Source: Candidatus Poribacteria bacterium (GTDB taxonomy: Bacteria > Poribacteria > WGA-4E > WGA-3G). Taken from it: a stretch of DNA of 64,000 nucleotides. Each line of letters opens with the position of its first letter. Position 1 is the stretch's first letter. A program made the translations under genes and the position numbers. Below are positions 52,641 through 62,638 of this stretch, piece after piece. The notes under the pieces are model-generated. The model was not told the origin of the DNA and searched no databases. It saw nothing but the letters and a program-made list of their open reading frames with translations. The stretch spans positions 3,424,001 to 3,488,000 of the forward strand of contig OZ251518.1 of assembly GCA_965242965.1 (NCBI GenBank). The letters run 5' to 3'.

Positions 52641-55160
52641 ATGCTTACCGAATACCTTGAAAACAACGAAAATATACAAGAACGCAACATCGAAAACGAA
52701 CTCAAAACATCGTATCTCACCTACGCGATGAGTGTCAACACCAATCGCGCGATACCCGATGTCCGCGACGGACTCAAACCCAGCACCCGGCGCATTATCT
52801 ACGCGATGGGACAAATCAATCTGACGGCTGAGCGGCCCTATGACAAGTGTGCAGCTGTCGTCGGCGAGGTGATGAAAAACTTCCACCCGCATGGAGACGG
52901 ACCGATTTACGGCACCCTTGTCGGCATGGCGCAGGATTTCAGCACCCGCTACCCGCTCATTGACGGACAGGGAAACTTCGGCAGTATTGACGATGATCCG
53001 CCCGGGGCCATGCGCTACACCGAATGCCGACTTGCGAAAATCGCGGGCGAAATGCTGACTGACATCCAAAAGCAGGTGGTTGACTTCCAGCCGAACTACA
53101 AAGATTCATTAGAGGAACCTACCGTCCTCCCCGGCTTGCTGCCCAATCTGCTTCTCAACGGCACGACTGGGATAGGAGTCGGCTACCTGACGCGCATCCC
53201 GCCGCACAACCTCGGCGAAATTGTCGATGCCCTGTTGTGCAAACTGGATAACCCCGATGCCGATGCCGAAACCCTAATGCAACACATCGCCGGACCCGAT
53301 TTCCCAACGGCTGGCAGTATCGTCGGCAGAAGCGGCATTAAAGCGATGTATACCACCGGCAGAGGAAGCGTCACCATCCGCGCCAAAGCCATCATCGAGC
53401 GCGTGACAACCGGTGCCCGCAAAGCACCCAGAGAGCAAATCGTCATCACCGAGATTCCGTATCAGGTGAAGAAAAACCAGCTCCTCGAACGCATGTATCA
53501 CCTCGTCGTCAACAAGACTATTACCGGCATTTCAGATATCCGCGACGAATCCGATAGCGACATCCGCATCGTCATTCCATTAAAACGCGGCGAAATTGCG
53601 CAGGTGATTCTCAACCAGCTCTATAAGCATACGCAGATGCAGACGAACTTCAGCGCGAGCCTGCTCTGTCTCGTTGACGGACTTCCTAAAGTGTTGACGC
53701 TGGACGAGATACTGCGACACTATTTGGCACATCGACGCGATGTCATCCGTCGGCGCACGCAGTTTGATTTGACGCGCGCGGAACGCCGGGCGCATATCTT
53801 AGACGGATATCTCACCGCCTTGCAAAACCTCGAGGAGATTATTGAGCTCGTCCAGAGTGCCGCATCCCCCGATGAAGCACTCGCGCAACTGCAGGAGACT
53901 TACGCCTTGAGTGAGGCACAGGCGCGCGAAATCCTAACGCTAACGCTCCGTCAACTCACGGGGTTAGAACGGCAGCGCATCCGTGACGAACACACGGATA
54001 AGTTGGAGGAGATTGCGGAACTGCGCGCTATTCTGGGCAGCGAGGCGTTAATCACGGACATCATCCGAACGGAACTGGGCGAACTGAAGGATACCTACGG
54101 GGATGAACGCCGCACCGAAATTACGGATGCAGTTAAGGCGTTTGACATCGAAGATCTGATTGCAGATGAAGAGATGGTTGTCACCCTCTCGCATGCCGGC
54201 TATCTGAAACGGTTGCCGGTGGATACTTACCGGAAGCAACGGCGTGGCGGTGTCGGCGTGAAGGGCGGCACGACGAAAGATGGCGATTTTTTGGAGCATC
54301 TCTTCATCGCATCGGCACACCAATATATCCTCTTTTTTACGGATAAAGGGAAGTGTTATTGGCTCAAGGTGTTTGAGATTCCGGAGGGCAGCCGAACGGC
54401 GGCAGGCAGAGCCGTTGTCAATCTGCTACGCCTCGCGCAGGACGAAAACATTACGGCTTTTGTGCCTGTCCGTGAATTTAACGAAGACAGGTTTGTCTTG
54501 ATGGCGACGGCGAACGGCATCGTGAAAAAGACGAACTTAGCGCAGTTTCGGAACCCGCTTGCAAGCGGCATTATTGCTGTTAATCTTGATGAGGGGGACA
54601 GGCTCATCGGCGCGCAACTCACGGATGGAGAGGCTGATGTTATTTTGGTGACGCAGAACTGCATCGCCATCCGGTTCAGTGAAAAACAGGTGAGAGCCAC
54701 GGGCCGAACCGCCCGTGGCGTGCGCGGCATCCGGCTGAGAGACGCTGACGCTGTCGTCTCGATGACTGTCACCGCACCCTTCGTGGAGGCAGCCGCCGAT
54801 TCTGCCGATGAAGGAGAAGAGACGCTCCTCATCGTCGCGCAAAACGGCTACGGCAAACGGACGTATCTTTCTGAATACCGGCCGCAAGGACGCGGCGGCA
54901 AAGGCGTGATTGCTATCAAACAGTCCGAACGCAACGGTGCGGTTGTCGCTGCCAAGCGCGTCTCGGATACCGATGCATTAGTTGTGATTAGTTCCAGCGG
55001 CTATGTGACTCGCATGGCGGTGACAGACATTCGCCCTATCGGGAGAGCGACGATAGGTGTCCGCGTCATGACACTCCACGCCGATGAAACTGTTGTCGAT
55101 ATCGGAACAATTGAATTGGAGGAAAAAAACCGTGACATATTCCTGGAATCCGAAGAGTAG
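52641..55160 (+). CDS. gyrA: DNA gyrase subunit A
   Basis: PDVRDGLKP, HPHGD, GQGNFGS, AMRYTE, GPDFPT, GyrA-box QRRGGVG, C-terminal pinwheel; AGGAGG SD. Confidence 0.97.
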   Translation: MLTEYLENNENIQERNIENELKTSYLTYAMSVNTNRAIPDVRDGLKPSTRRIIYAMGQINLTAERPYDKCAAVVGEVMKNFHPHGDGPIYGTLVGMAQDFSTRYPLIDGQGNFGSIDDDPPGAMRYTECRLAKIAGEMLTDIQKQVVDFQPNYKDSLEEPTVLPGLLPNLLLNGTTGIGVGYLTRIPPHNLGEIVDALLCKLDNPDADAETLMQHIAGPDFPTAGSIVGRSGIKAMYTTGRGSVTIRAKAIIERVTTGARKAPREQIVITEIPYQVKKNQLLERMYHLVVNKTITGISDIRDESDSDIRIVIPLKRGEIAQVILNQLYKHTQMQTNFSASLLCLVDGLPKVLTLDEILRHYLAHRRDVIRRRTQFDLTRAERRAHILDGYLTALQNLEEIIELVQSAASPDEALAQLQETYALSEAQAREILTLTLRQLTGLERQRIRDEHTDKLEEIAELRAILGSEALITDIIRTELGELKDTYGDERRTEITDAVKAFDIEDLIADEEMVVTLSHAGYLKRLPVDTYRKQRRGGVGVKGGTTKDGDFLEHLFIASAHQYILFFTDKGKCYWLKVFEIPEGSRTAAGRAVVNLLRLAQDENITAFVPVREFNEDRFVLMATANGIVKKTNLAQFRNPLASGIIAVNLDEGDRLIGAQLTDGEADVILVTQNCIAIRFSEKQVRATGRTARGVRGIRLRDADAVVSMTVTAPFVEAAADSADEGEETLLIVAQNGYGKRTYLSEYRPQGRGGKGVIAIKQSERNGAVVAAKRVSDTDALVVISSSGYVTRMAVTDIRPIGRATIGVRVMTLHADETVVDIGTIELEEKNRDIFLESEE

Positions 55161-55179
55161 AAGAGGCCGCCTCGTCTCG

Positions 55180-56925
55180 ATGCGGCGGAGAAATCGCTGC
55201 GTCTCAGTGCTCATGATGCTGCTTTTCATCACCGTAACCGTGGGCAGTGCGCTCGGCGCGCCGAGTTTGTGCGAAAACACTGGTACGTCAATGGACGTTC
55301 ATGCACCACCGGTCCTTGTGGCGGAGACGAACGCGGGGGACAGGCCCCCGCGCTACGGTGCTGGAGACGCAACGGAGACGAACGCGGGGGACAGGCCCCC
55401 GCGCTACGGTGCTGGAGACGCAACGGAGGCGAACGCGGGGGATAGGCCCCCGCGCTACGGTGATGGAGACGAAATCAAACGGGCAGCGAACTACAAAGAC
55501 TTTATGTGGGCAGTCTACCATGCGCGGCGCGAACAGAACATCGCTGCTGTCAAGGCTGTCTATGACGCGCTCATTACCGATGGGATGCAGTCAAGTGTGC
55601 TTTATACGGAACGCGCGTTGCTCCGGTTCAACAAACTGCAAGATCTCCGCGGCGCAGAGGCGGATTGTCGTCAGGCACTTACGCTGAATCCTAAAAACGT
55701 GCAGGCTACTTGGGTTCTCGCGCAAGTGTTGCTCCGCCGCGAATTCGCAGGCACCCGAACGCCGAATGCCTCGCTGCTGCAGTCAGAAATGTTCACGCTC
55801 CTGAAACGGGTAGTTCACTTGGACCCGGACCACGGTGACGGACATCAGTTCCTCGGTTATATTGCGAGTGAGTTCGGCCAGACGGCACTTGCTATCACGT
55901 CTTTTAAGGCACTGACGCGGATTGAACCGTATCAGCCGCAATTCCATGAACAACTCGCGGAATTGTATGAACAGGAAGGAAAAACGCGCCTTGCCATCGG
56001 TTCTTATGAACGTGTCGCGACGATACAGCCGACGAACGTTGCTATCCGGAATCGTTTAGGCGGGCTCTATCTGCGAGAGGAGGACTATGCCAATGCTTTG
56101 ACTACGTTTCAAGCGGTGTTGGAGAGGGTTGAGAGTGGGGCTGGCGCGCAGGCACCGGTTCGCCGCGAGTGGAACGGCATCTTGCTTGATACACACTACG
56201 GCATCGGGAGAACGTATCAGGCGGTAGATGATTTTGAGAAGGCAGAATTTCACCTCACGAAGGCACTCGCGTTAACGGTTGAAAGAACGAAGCGGACGCG
56301 AAACCAGAGCGAACGGAAAGAACTCCAGGCACGGCTGACAGAGGTGCGTTACACCCTCGGCTTGGTTTACCTGCGATTCCAACACGCGCAAAAAGCGGTG
56401 GAAGTTTTTGAGGAGCTGCTGTCCGTTGAGGCGAATCATGTCGGCGCGCTGTTCAGTAGCGGCAGCGCGCATCAAACACTCGGCAACTTCCAGCAGGCAG
56501 AACGCCTTCTCCGGAGAGCCATCGTCCTTGAGCCGAATCACGCTAATGCTGCAAATGCGTTGGGTTATCTCTATGCCGAACAGGGTGTCCATTTAGAGGA
56601 GGCGGCTGCACTCGTCCAGCACGCGCTGAAGTTTGCGCCTACTTCTGGTGCGTATCTGGACAGTCTCGGCTACATCTATTTCAAACAGGGGAAGTTGGAT
56701 GAGGCGTTGGAACTGTTGGAGCAGGCATCGGAGCAACTGCCGGATACGCCGGAAATCCTGTTGCACTTGGGCGCGGCGTATGGAGAGAAAGGGTGGATGG
56801 AAAAAGCGGTGCAAACGCTGGAGCGCGCGGTGCAGTTGACACCCGAAGATTCGGATATCGGCACGGAAGTCAGAGAGAAGTTAGAAACGTTGCTGAGCAG
56901 GATTTCCAAGAGAAGACAAGATTAG
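55180..56925 (+). CDS. secreted tetratricopeptide-repeat protein
   Basis: Signal peptide, multiple TPRs, NALGYLYAE...AYLDSLGYIYFKQG; start uncertain. Confidence 0.85.
   Translation: MRRRNRCVSVLMMLLFITVTVGSALGAPSLCENTGTSMDVHAPPVLVAETNAGDRPPRYGAGDATETNAGDRPPRYGAGDATEANAGDRPPRYGDGDEIKRAANYKDFMWAVYHARREQNIAAVKAVYDALITDGMQSSVLYTERALLRFNKLQDLRGAEADCRQALTLNPKNVQATWVLAQVLLRREFAGTRTPNASLLQSEMFTLLKRVVHLDPDHGDGHQFLGYIASEFGQTALAITSFKALTRIEPYQPQFHEQLAELYEQEGKTRLAIGSYERVATIQPTNVAIRNRLGGLYLREEDYANALTTFQAVLERVESGAGAQAPVRREWNGILLDTHYGIGRTYQAVDDFEKAEFHLTKALALTVERTKRTRNQSERKELQARLTEVRYTLGLVYLRFQHAQKAVEVFEELLSVEANHVGALFSSGSAHQTLGNFQQAERLLRRAIVLEPNHANAANALGYLYAEQGVHLEEAAALVQHALKFAPTSGAYLDSLGYIYFKQGKLDEALELLEQASEQLPDTPEILLHLGAAYGEKGWMEKAVQTLERAVQLTPEDSDIGTEVREKLETLLSRISKRRQD
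55323..55470 (+). repeat. three tandem 51-bp in-frame units, each containing a REP
   Basis: ETNAGDRPPRYGAGDAT-type unit three times. Confidence 0.9.
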
Positions 56926-57054
56926 CACCCTAAAGTTTGGTGGATGCCCCGAAGGTTAAATCTTGTAAATCTTGCTCCGTGGCATGCCACGACGTTCTCG
57001 GTTAATCGGAAATCTAATCCTGTGAAATCTTTTAAATCTTGTAAATCTTGCTCC
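56897..57054. repeat. 9-bp-unit inverted array element overlapping two gene ends
   Basis: Shares the spacer TTTCCGATTAACCGAGAACGTC (inverted) with 52469-52628. Confidence 0.7.
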
Positions 57055-58749
57055 TTTTTGTTCATTATGACGGTACTGATGCAGCTGATACAGCCGAGTC
57101 TGGCGTTCCGTTGCGGCACGCCGGTGTTCAAAGCGGGCTTGCAAAACGCGCCTATCGGTATCGAAGAGCACGCGCCGACTGCCCCGGTGCATCCGGCTGC
57201 ACCCGCGCTCCCTATCGGCACGGAACGCACGTTCTTCGCGCCTGATTTTCGTAGCATGCAGCAGTATACCGTTCCGGCTGTCTTACGGGGTGTGGGACAG
57301 TTCTGTTATGTCTATGTTGAAGAGACGGAATGGGAACGCCGCGTGACACGGCGGACTGTGGATGCTATCCTCCGGGCGTTTGAGGAGACAACGCCGGCGG
57401 GTCCGCGCGGCATTTATGCTACTGTCACTGAACTTTTCGGCGCGCCACCGGATGTGGATGCAAATGGACGTGTCATCTTACTGCTGCTCAATATTCGCGA
57501 TACGGCTGAGGGCACCGGCAGCTACACGGCGGGCTTTTTTAATCCGGCAGACCAGGGACGCGGCGTTCTTCGCAATCCGGGCTTCGGGGGCCTCGCGATA
57601 CGTAGCAATGTGGCGGATATGCTCTATATTGATACGTTCCCGCTCAACATCAACGGCGAGGCGGCACACAATGTCATCGCGCACGAACTCCAACACTTAA
57701 TCCATTGGCGGCAGGATAGCCGGGAGGCGATTTGGGTAGATGAGGGATGCGCTGACTATGCGGCGTTCGTTTGCGGCTATCTGTCACGGGAACACATCGC
57801 AGCTTTTGAAAAGAACCCTTCTATCTCGCTCATCAACTGGCCCGGCGCGCCAGGAACGGCGATGCCGCATTACGGTGCCGCCTTCCTCTGGATGCTCTAC
57901 TTGCACGAACGCTATGGCGGGATGGAGACGCTGCGGCGCATTGTCAAGCATCGTGGCACCTCGATGGATGGCATCGCGGCGGTGCTCGCAGAATTGGGAC
58001 ATACGGTGACGGTGGCGGAGATGTTCTCGGACTGGAAGGTGGCTAACTACGTGTCGGAGTATCGGCACGTGAACTTGGCGTTATCTCCAACTCGCGTGCA
58101 TCGTCTCCGGGCATCTGACAGTGGGGGCGGCGAAGGTTTCCCTATTGCAGTGCTTGGGCAAACCTTGCCGGATTTCGCGGCGGCCTATCTGGTGTTTGAA
58201 TGGGTAGGAGATGGACCGCTGACGCTGGGGTTTTCGGGGGAAACGCCGGGGGGCGACTGGGGCTTGCACGTGATTGAATATGTGGACGATGTCACTTATA
58301 CGGTTGCGGCGGTGCCAGTGATGCAGCGCGCGCGCGCAGGCACGGGTTCTATTGCGGTATCGGAGGGGGTGAGGAGAGCGGTCATGATTCCGAGTTTGCA
58401 TTCTGAAACTCGGCGCATCTCCCCGCGCACGGCAATGTATGAATACAGTGCGACCCGCGGGGCGAACATCACGTTTGTCGCGGCTGTGATACCCAACCCG
58501 GTCCTCCCGCAGTATTGGGACATCGTCGCGATGCCGAGTGAGCGGCTTGTCGGCCTGATGCCGACGGTGACGTTGATGCAGGGCGCGCGGCTCTATCGGG
58601 AGACGCAGCCGATGAAGGCTCTCCAAGATGGAGAGAAGTATCGGTATACGTTTCACCTTGAACCAGAAATATCTCCCGACGCGCTCACCTGGGAACTGTT
58701 TTTGGACGGACGGCGTGTTGGAAAAGGGAGCGTGACAGACGAAGACTGA
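57022..58749 (+). CDS. secreted zinc metallopeptidase (M30/immune-inhibitor-A-like)
   Basis: RCGTP propeptide, FG.PPDVDANGRV, AGFF...DQ, IAHELQHLIH, WVDEGCA; start uncertain. Confidence 0.75.
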   Translation: MKSFKSCKSCSFLFIMTVLMQLIQPSLAFRCGTPVFKAGLQNAPIGIEEHAPTAPVHPAAPALPIGTERTFFAPDFRSMQQYTVPAVLRGVGQFCYVYVEETEWERRVTRRTVDAILRAFEETTPAGPRGIYATVTELFGAPPDVDANGRVILLLLNIRDTAEGTGSYTAGFFNPADQGRGVLRNPGFGGLAIRSNVADMLYIDTFPLNINGEAAHNVIAHELQHLIHWRQDSREAIWVDEGCADYAAFVCGYLSREHIAAFEKNPSISLINWPGAPGTAMPHYGAAFLWMLYLHERYGGMETLRRIVKHRGTSMDGIAAVLAELGHTVTVAEMFSDWKVANYVSEYRHVNLALSPTRVHRLRASDSGGGEGFPIAVLGQTLPDFAAAYLVFEWVGDGPLTLGFSGETPGGDWGLHVIEYVDDVTYTVAAVPVMQRARAGTGSIAVSEGVRRAVMIPSLHSETRRISPRTAMYEYSATRGANITFVAAVIPNPVLPQYWDIVAMPSERLVGLMPTVTLMQGARLYRETQPMKALQDGEKYRYTFHLEPEISPDALTWELFLDGRRVGKGSVTDED

Positions 58750-58955
58750 GTGGCTTCGCGCAAGGTTCTCGTAAAAGGCTCTCGTAATGAGTGTATTGCG
58801 AACAAGGTATTTAGCCCCTTTTGGGGATAATACCTAACAAAAATCCATCAAGAGATAAGCATGCAACAACGGCGCATGCGGGTCAACGGCGAGAGACGTT
58901 CGTGCACCAACCAACTTTATCGAACGCCTCGCGAACAACCGGAGGAGAAAATCAA

Positions 58956-59915
58956 ATGAAACTTTATGCAGGAACAATTGGACAAAGCGTCTGGCGTAGC
59001 ACGGATAGCGGGGATACGTGGCAGCGCGCCAGTAACGGCATTTTTCCCGAAGCAGATGTCCGCGCCATCGCTGTCAATCCAAACAACGCCGATGTCGTTT
59101 ACGCCGGCACAGATAAGGGCGTTTTCCGTTCTGACAACGGCGGCGACGCTTGGAAGGCACTGCCGAGTGAAATGGACGAACTGGAAGTCTGGGCACTCGC
59201 CATTGATACAACCGCACCGGAAACGCTTTACGCCGGCACCTGTCCATCCGCCTTTTTCAAGTCCACTGACAGTGGCGAATCGTGGCGGAAACTGAACGCT
59301 GACTTGGCGCAGGAATGTGAAGGCGTGCCTATCATTCCACGCGTCACGACGTTCATCATTGACGCGGCGGATAACCAGACGCTCTACGCCGGGATTGAGA
59401 TTGATGGCATGCGCCTCAGCACCGATGGCGGCGAAACGTGGACAGAACGGAGTGAAGGACTCAGCAGTCTGGATATTCATGGACTCTGCGTGGTGCCCGG
59501 CACCCCGAAAACCATCGTCGCCGCGACGAACAACGATGTGTGCATCACGACAGATATGGGCCAGCAGTGGACACCGCTTAAGGTGAAGGAACACTATCCG
59601 TGGCCCTACTGCCGCGCGGCATTTTTCTTGAACGGCGATGCAGGCCGCGTCTTTATCGGTGCGGGGAATGGCCCGCCGGGTGATGAAGGCGGTATCTTCT
59701 CGACGCGCGATAATGGCGAAAGTTGGGAACGCGCCGATATCGGCGGCGTGGCGAACAGCACCATCTGGACGTTCGCGCACAACCCGAACGTGAACGAATT
59801 CCTCATCGCTTGCAGTGTGAGCGGGCAACTTTACCGAAGCACCGATGCCGGCAATTCTTGGACGAAACTCGCTCATGAATTCGGCGAAGTGCGAGCATTG
59901 GCCGTCGCCGGTTAA
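58956..59915 (+). CDS. BNR/Asp-box beta-propeller protein (VPS10/Ycf48-like)
   Basis: Repeated S.D.G.[ST]W Asp-boxes; GGAGGAG SD. Confidence 0.85.
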   Translation: MKLYAGTIGQSVWRSTDSGDTWQRASNGIFPEADVRAIAVNPNNADVVYAGTDKGVFRSDNGGDAWKALPSEMDELEVWALAIDTTAPETLYAGTCPSAFFKSTDSGESWRKLNADLAQECEGVPIIPRVTTFIIDAADNQTLYAGIEIDGMRLSTDGGETWTERSEGLSSLDIHGLCVVPGTPKTIVAATNNDVCITTDMGQQWTPLKVKEHYPWPYCRAAFFLNGDAGRVFIGAGNGPPGDEGGIFSTRDNGESWERADIGGVANSTIWTFAHNPNVNEFLIACSVSGQLYRSTDAGNSWTKLAHEFGEVRALAVAG

Positions 59916-59920
59916 AAAAC

Positions 59921-59949
59921 TTGACTTTTTGTGTCGTTTGTGCTATGCT
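59921..59949 (+). promoter_or_regulatory. sigma70-type promoter
   Basis: TTGACT-17 bp-TATGCT with TG extension. Confidence 0.55.
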
Positions 59950-60097
59950 ATTCTGGACAGCGCACAAAACCGAAAAGGAATGTTCATGCACCAACCGGGC
60001 TTATCGAAAAGCCACGTCTAGACTGAACTGCCTGCGTTGTTCGCAAAAGCAGGCTCCCTTTTCAGAATTACGAAAAAATAGGAGGCACATTTTTCTT

Positions 60098-60865
60098 ATG
60101 CGTTTTTGGAGTTTTTTCATACTACCGCTTCTCCTCGTCGCACACATCGGATGTGGCGGCGGGGGCGAAATCGATATTGACACACCACCGGATATTGGCG
60201 GAGCGAAGCGCATCGCGCTTGCACCGTTCTTCGCCGAAACCGAGGAAGTCAATCAACTCGGCCGCCGAATCAGCGTGAACTTAGCGGACCGGCTGAAGCT
60301 CACCTTCAAAGAGGCAGAGTGGATCTACGACATCTCAAAGAAAGTCCAGCCAGTGCGAGATAAACTGACTGAGCTCGGACTGACGTTGGACCAGGTCTAC
60401 GCAGACCCGGCACTTGCAGCCAAACTCGGCCAGGCGTTGAACGCCGATATGCTCATCATCGGCAAGGTGGAGAAGCCGAAGTTGGGACAGCGGGATTACA
60501 ACCAGCTCCTGATGAAACAGGGCCGGCAAGGGGGTATTTCTGGAACGTCAACTTACATCCGCACCCGCTTGACGGCACTCGGCAAGACACGGGTGAAAGT
60601 CGTGGATACCGCATCCGGCGAGCTGGAGTTTAACAAGAATATCCAATCCTATCTCAAGTATTGGTATGCTTATCAGACGCAGCAAAGCGAGCAGCAAATC
60701 TTTAAATCATCGGAAGACCGGCTCGCGGATTTAGGGAAAACTCTCTCTCTCCGCATCGCTTACGTCTTGCATCCGACTGGATTCAGGTCGGAGGACGAGG
60801 AGAAGATTTTGCTGAAACCGGATATGGTGTTGAAAGGCACCGGCGGTGTCGTTGAGTTTAACTAG
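60098..60865 (+). CDS. lipoprotein, CsgG/LpoB/TolB-N-like fold
   Basis: Lipobox-like HIG-C, RIALAPF, AAKLGQALNADMLIIGKV, VKVVDTASGE. Confidence 0.7.
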   Translation: MRFWSFFILPLLLVAHIGCGGGGEIDIDTPPDIGGAKRIALAPFFAETEEVNQLGRRISVNLADRLKLTFKEAEWIYDISKKVQPVRDKLTELGLTLDQVYADPALAAKLGQALNADMLIIGKVEKPKLGQRDYNQLLMKQGRQGGISGTSTYIRTRLTALGKTRVKVVDTASGELEFNKNIQSYLKYWYAYQTQQSEQQIFKSSEDRLADLGKTLSLRIAYVLHPTGFRSEDEEKILLKPDMVLKGTGGVVEFN

Positions 60866-61283
60866 TGCGGGGGGGAGTCCTGTCCCTCGCCGGGGTATCG
60901 CGCGCGGAGCGCTCGCGGGGGACAGGCCCCCGCGCTACGGTGTAAGAAACCTTTTTTTGATCATCGGGCGGGGGAAACCTATCCTTCGCCCGTTTTTCGT
61001 TCATCCCTCGTAGGGCGAGGGCCTGTCCCTCGCCAGACTCATCCGCCTCGGTTATCGTAGGGCGAGGGCCTGTCCCTCGCCATGCAGCGATCGCGGGGGA
61101 CAGGCCCCCGCGCTACGGTTTTCAAGGCCGCTCCTTTCACCGTAGGGCGAGGGCCTGTCCCTCGCCATGCTGCGCTCGCGGGTGAAACCCTCTCGGATGC
61201 GCGTATGGCATCCGAGGGCCCCCGCGCTACGTTGTAATAGACTTTTTTTCTCATCGTAGGGCGTGGGAAACCTGGCCCTCGCC
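60866..61283. repeat. REP mosaic between convergent genes
   Basis: Many GTAGGGCGAGGG and GTAGCGCGGGG palindromes in both orientations. Confidence 0.85.
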
Positions 61284-61299
61284 AACTTCCTCACAAAAC

Positions 61300-61818
61300 T
61301 TACCTCGCGCTTTTTGCACGCTTCCCTGCAAAAAACGTCTCGATTTGTTCAATATACGCCGCGCCGTGTTTCATCAACCCGCGCGAGAGACGATACATCT
61401 CAGGCGGCGGCAGCTCCTCATAAGGATTGGCGAGTGTCTGATAACAGTTCATCGCGGCTTGGAAAAACGCCTGCGTCTCCGCCTCAATCGCACCGTGTCT
61501 CTCCATGATGATGAAGCTGTGATGCTTGTGCGCCGGCGGTGTCTCATCGCGGAAAGAGAAACCGATAACGGCGTTGTTGATGTCCACGATGCGCTGCAGA
61601 CTCATCAGCACGCAACTCTTCACGTAAGCGTGCGTCAGCGAATCGGCGGCGACGTATGCCGACTCTGTCTCCGGCAATCCGCTCTGGAGTTGTGCTAAGC
61701 ACTCTTGAACATAGTCCAGTTTGACCCGGACCGGGTTGACTTGGCGCGTTTTTGCAGCCGTTTTTTTCTTCCGGGTCTGCTTCGCACGGCCGGGGAGGGA
61801 GGTTGTCTCTTTTGGCAT
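61300..61818 (-). CDS. HEPN/DUF86 (HepT-like) domain protein with degenerate active site
   Basis: LQRIVDINNAVI...P.....SF..M...GAI helical pattern; the RxxxxHxY position reads YQTLANPY; AAGGAG SD. Confidence 0.6.
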   Translation of the reverse strand: MPKETTSLPGRAKQTRKKKTAAKTRQVNPVRVKLDYVQECLAQLQSGLPETESAYVAADSLTHAYVKSCVLMSLQRIVDINNAVIGFSFRDETPPAHKHHSFIIMERHGAIEAETQAFFQAAMNCYQTLANPYEELPPPEMYRLSRGLMKHGAAYIEQIETFFAGKRAKSAR

Positions 61819-61911
61819 GGTGTGCTCCTTTTTGATGAAATGATTTCTGGCATTTGTTTATTAGACGTTTGTGAATGCGAGAAGGTTTAAGGGAGCAATT
61901 GTCTGATTTTA

Positions 61912-62594
61912 GAGGGTGTTTCATAACTTCACCGTAGGGCGAGGGCCTGTCCCTCGCCATCGCTCGCGCAATCGAACGTTCGCGGGGGACAGGCCCCCGC
62001 GCTACGGGCCAGGGATGGGTTCTCCTCAAGGTCCGTAGGACCTTAATGTCTATAGCATACGTGGCTCGCCAATTCCTCAAGGTCCTTTAGGTCCTTAATG
62101 TTTTCTGCTGCTTATTAAGGACCTAAAGGCCCTTAGCGTTTTTTTCGTCGGCGGGTTTCTATAGACATGCAGGACCTAAAGGCCCTGAAGAGATTTTTTC
62201 GCGGATCGAACGTTCGCGGGGGACAGGCCCCCGCGCTACGATGAAAAAAACGTGCCGTTTACCGTAGGGCGAGGGCCTGTCCCTCGCCATGCCAATCATC
62301 TGAAGCAGGATTATCACGATTATCACGATTAGGAGCAGGATTTTCAAGATTTTCAAGATTTCACAGGATATGAGCAGGATTTACAAGATTTATCAAGATT
62401 AGCAAGATTATAGAGTCTGATGCATCAAACACCCCGTGGCCTGCCACAACCGCGCCGATGCACCAGAGACCTAATCCTGTGAAATCCTGTGAAATCCTGT
62501 AAATCCTGCTCCAAATCGTGAGAATCGTGAGAATCCTGCTCCTAATCTTGCTAAATCGTGAAAATCTTGAAAATCCTGCTCATATCCTGCTCAA
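61912..62594. repeat. composite cluster: MITE left end, REP mosaic and 9-bp-unit inverted array
   Basis: Largely an inverted counterpart of 20394-21025. Confidence 0.85.
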
Positions 62595-62602
62595 TTTTTC
62601 CC

Positions 62603-62631
62603 TTGACAATTATCCCCATTCATGTTATCAT
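62603..62631 (+). promoter_or_regulatory. sigma70 promoter, probably leaderless
   Basis: TTGACA-17 bp-TATCAT with TG extension, 7 nt before ATG 62639. Confidence 0.65.
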
Positions 62632-62638
62632 ATCCTAC

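Noticed and set aside
59950-60060. Possible riboswitch in the lipoprotein leader
   Set aside because: No convincing match to a riboswitch consensus I can recognise; part of it is a degenerate copy of the GCACCAACC..TTATCGAA repeat.
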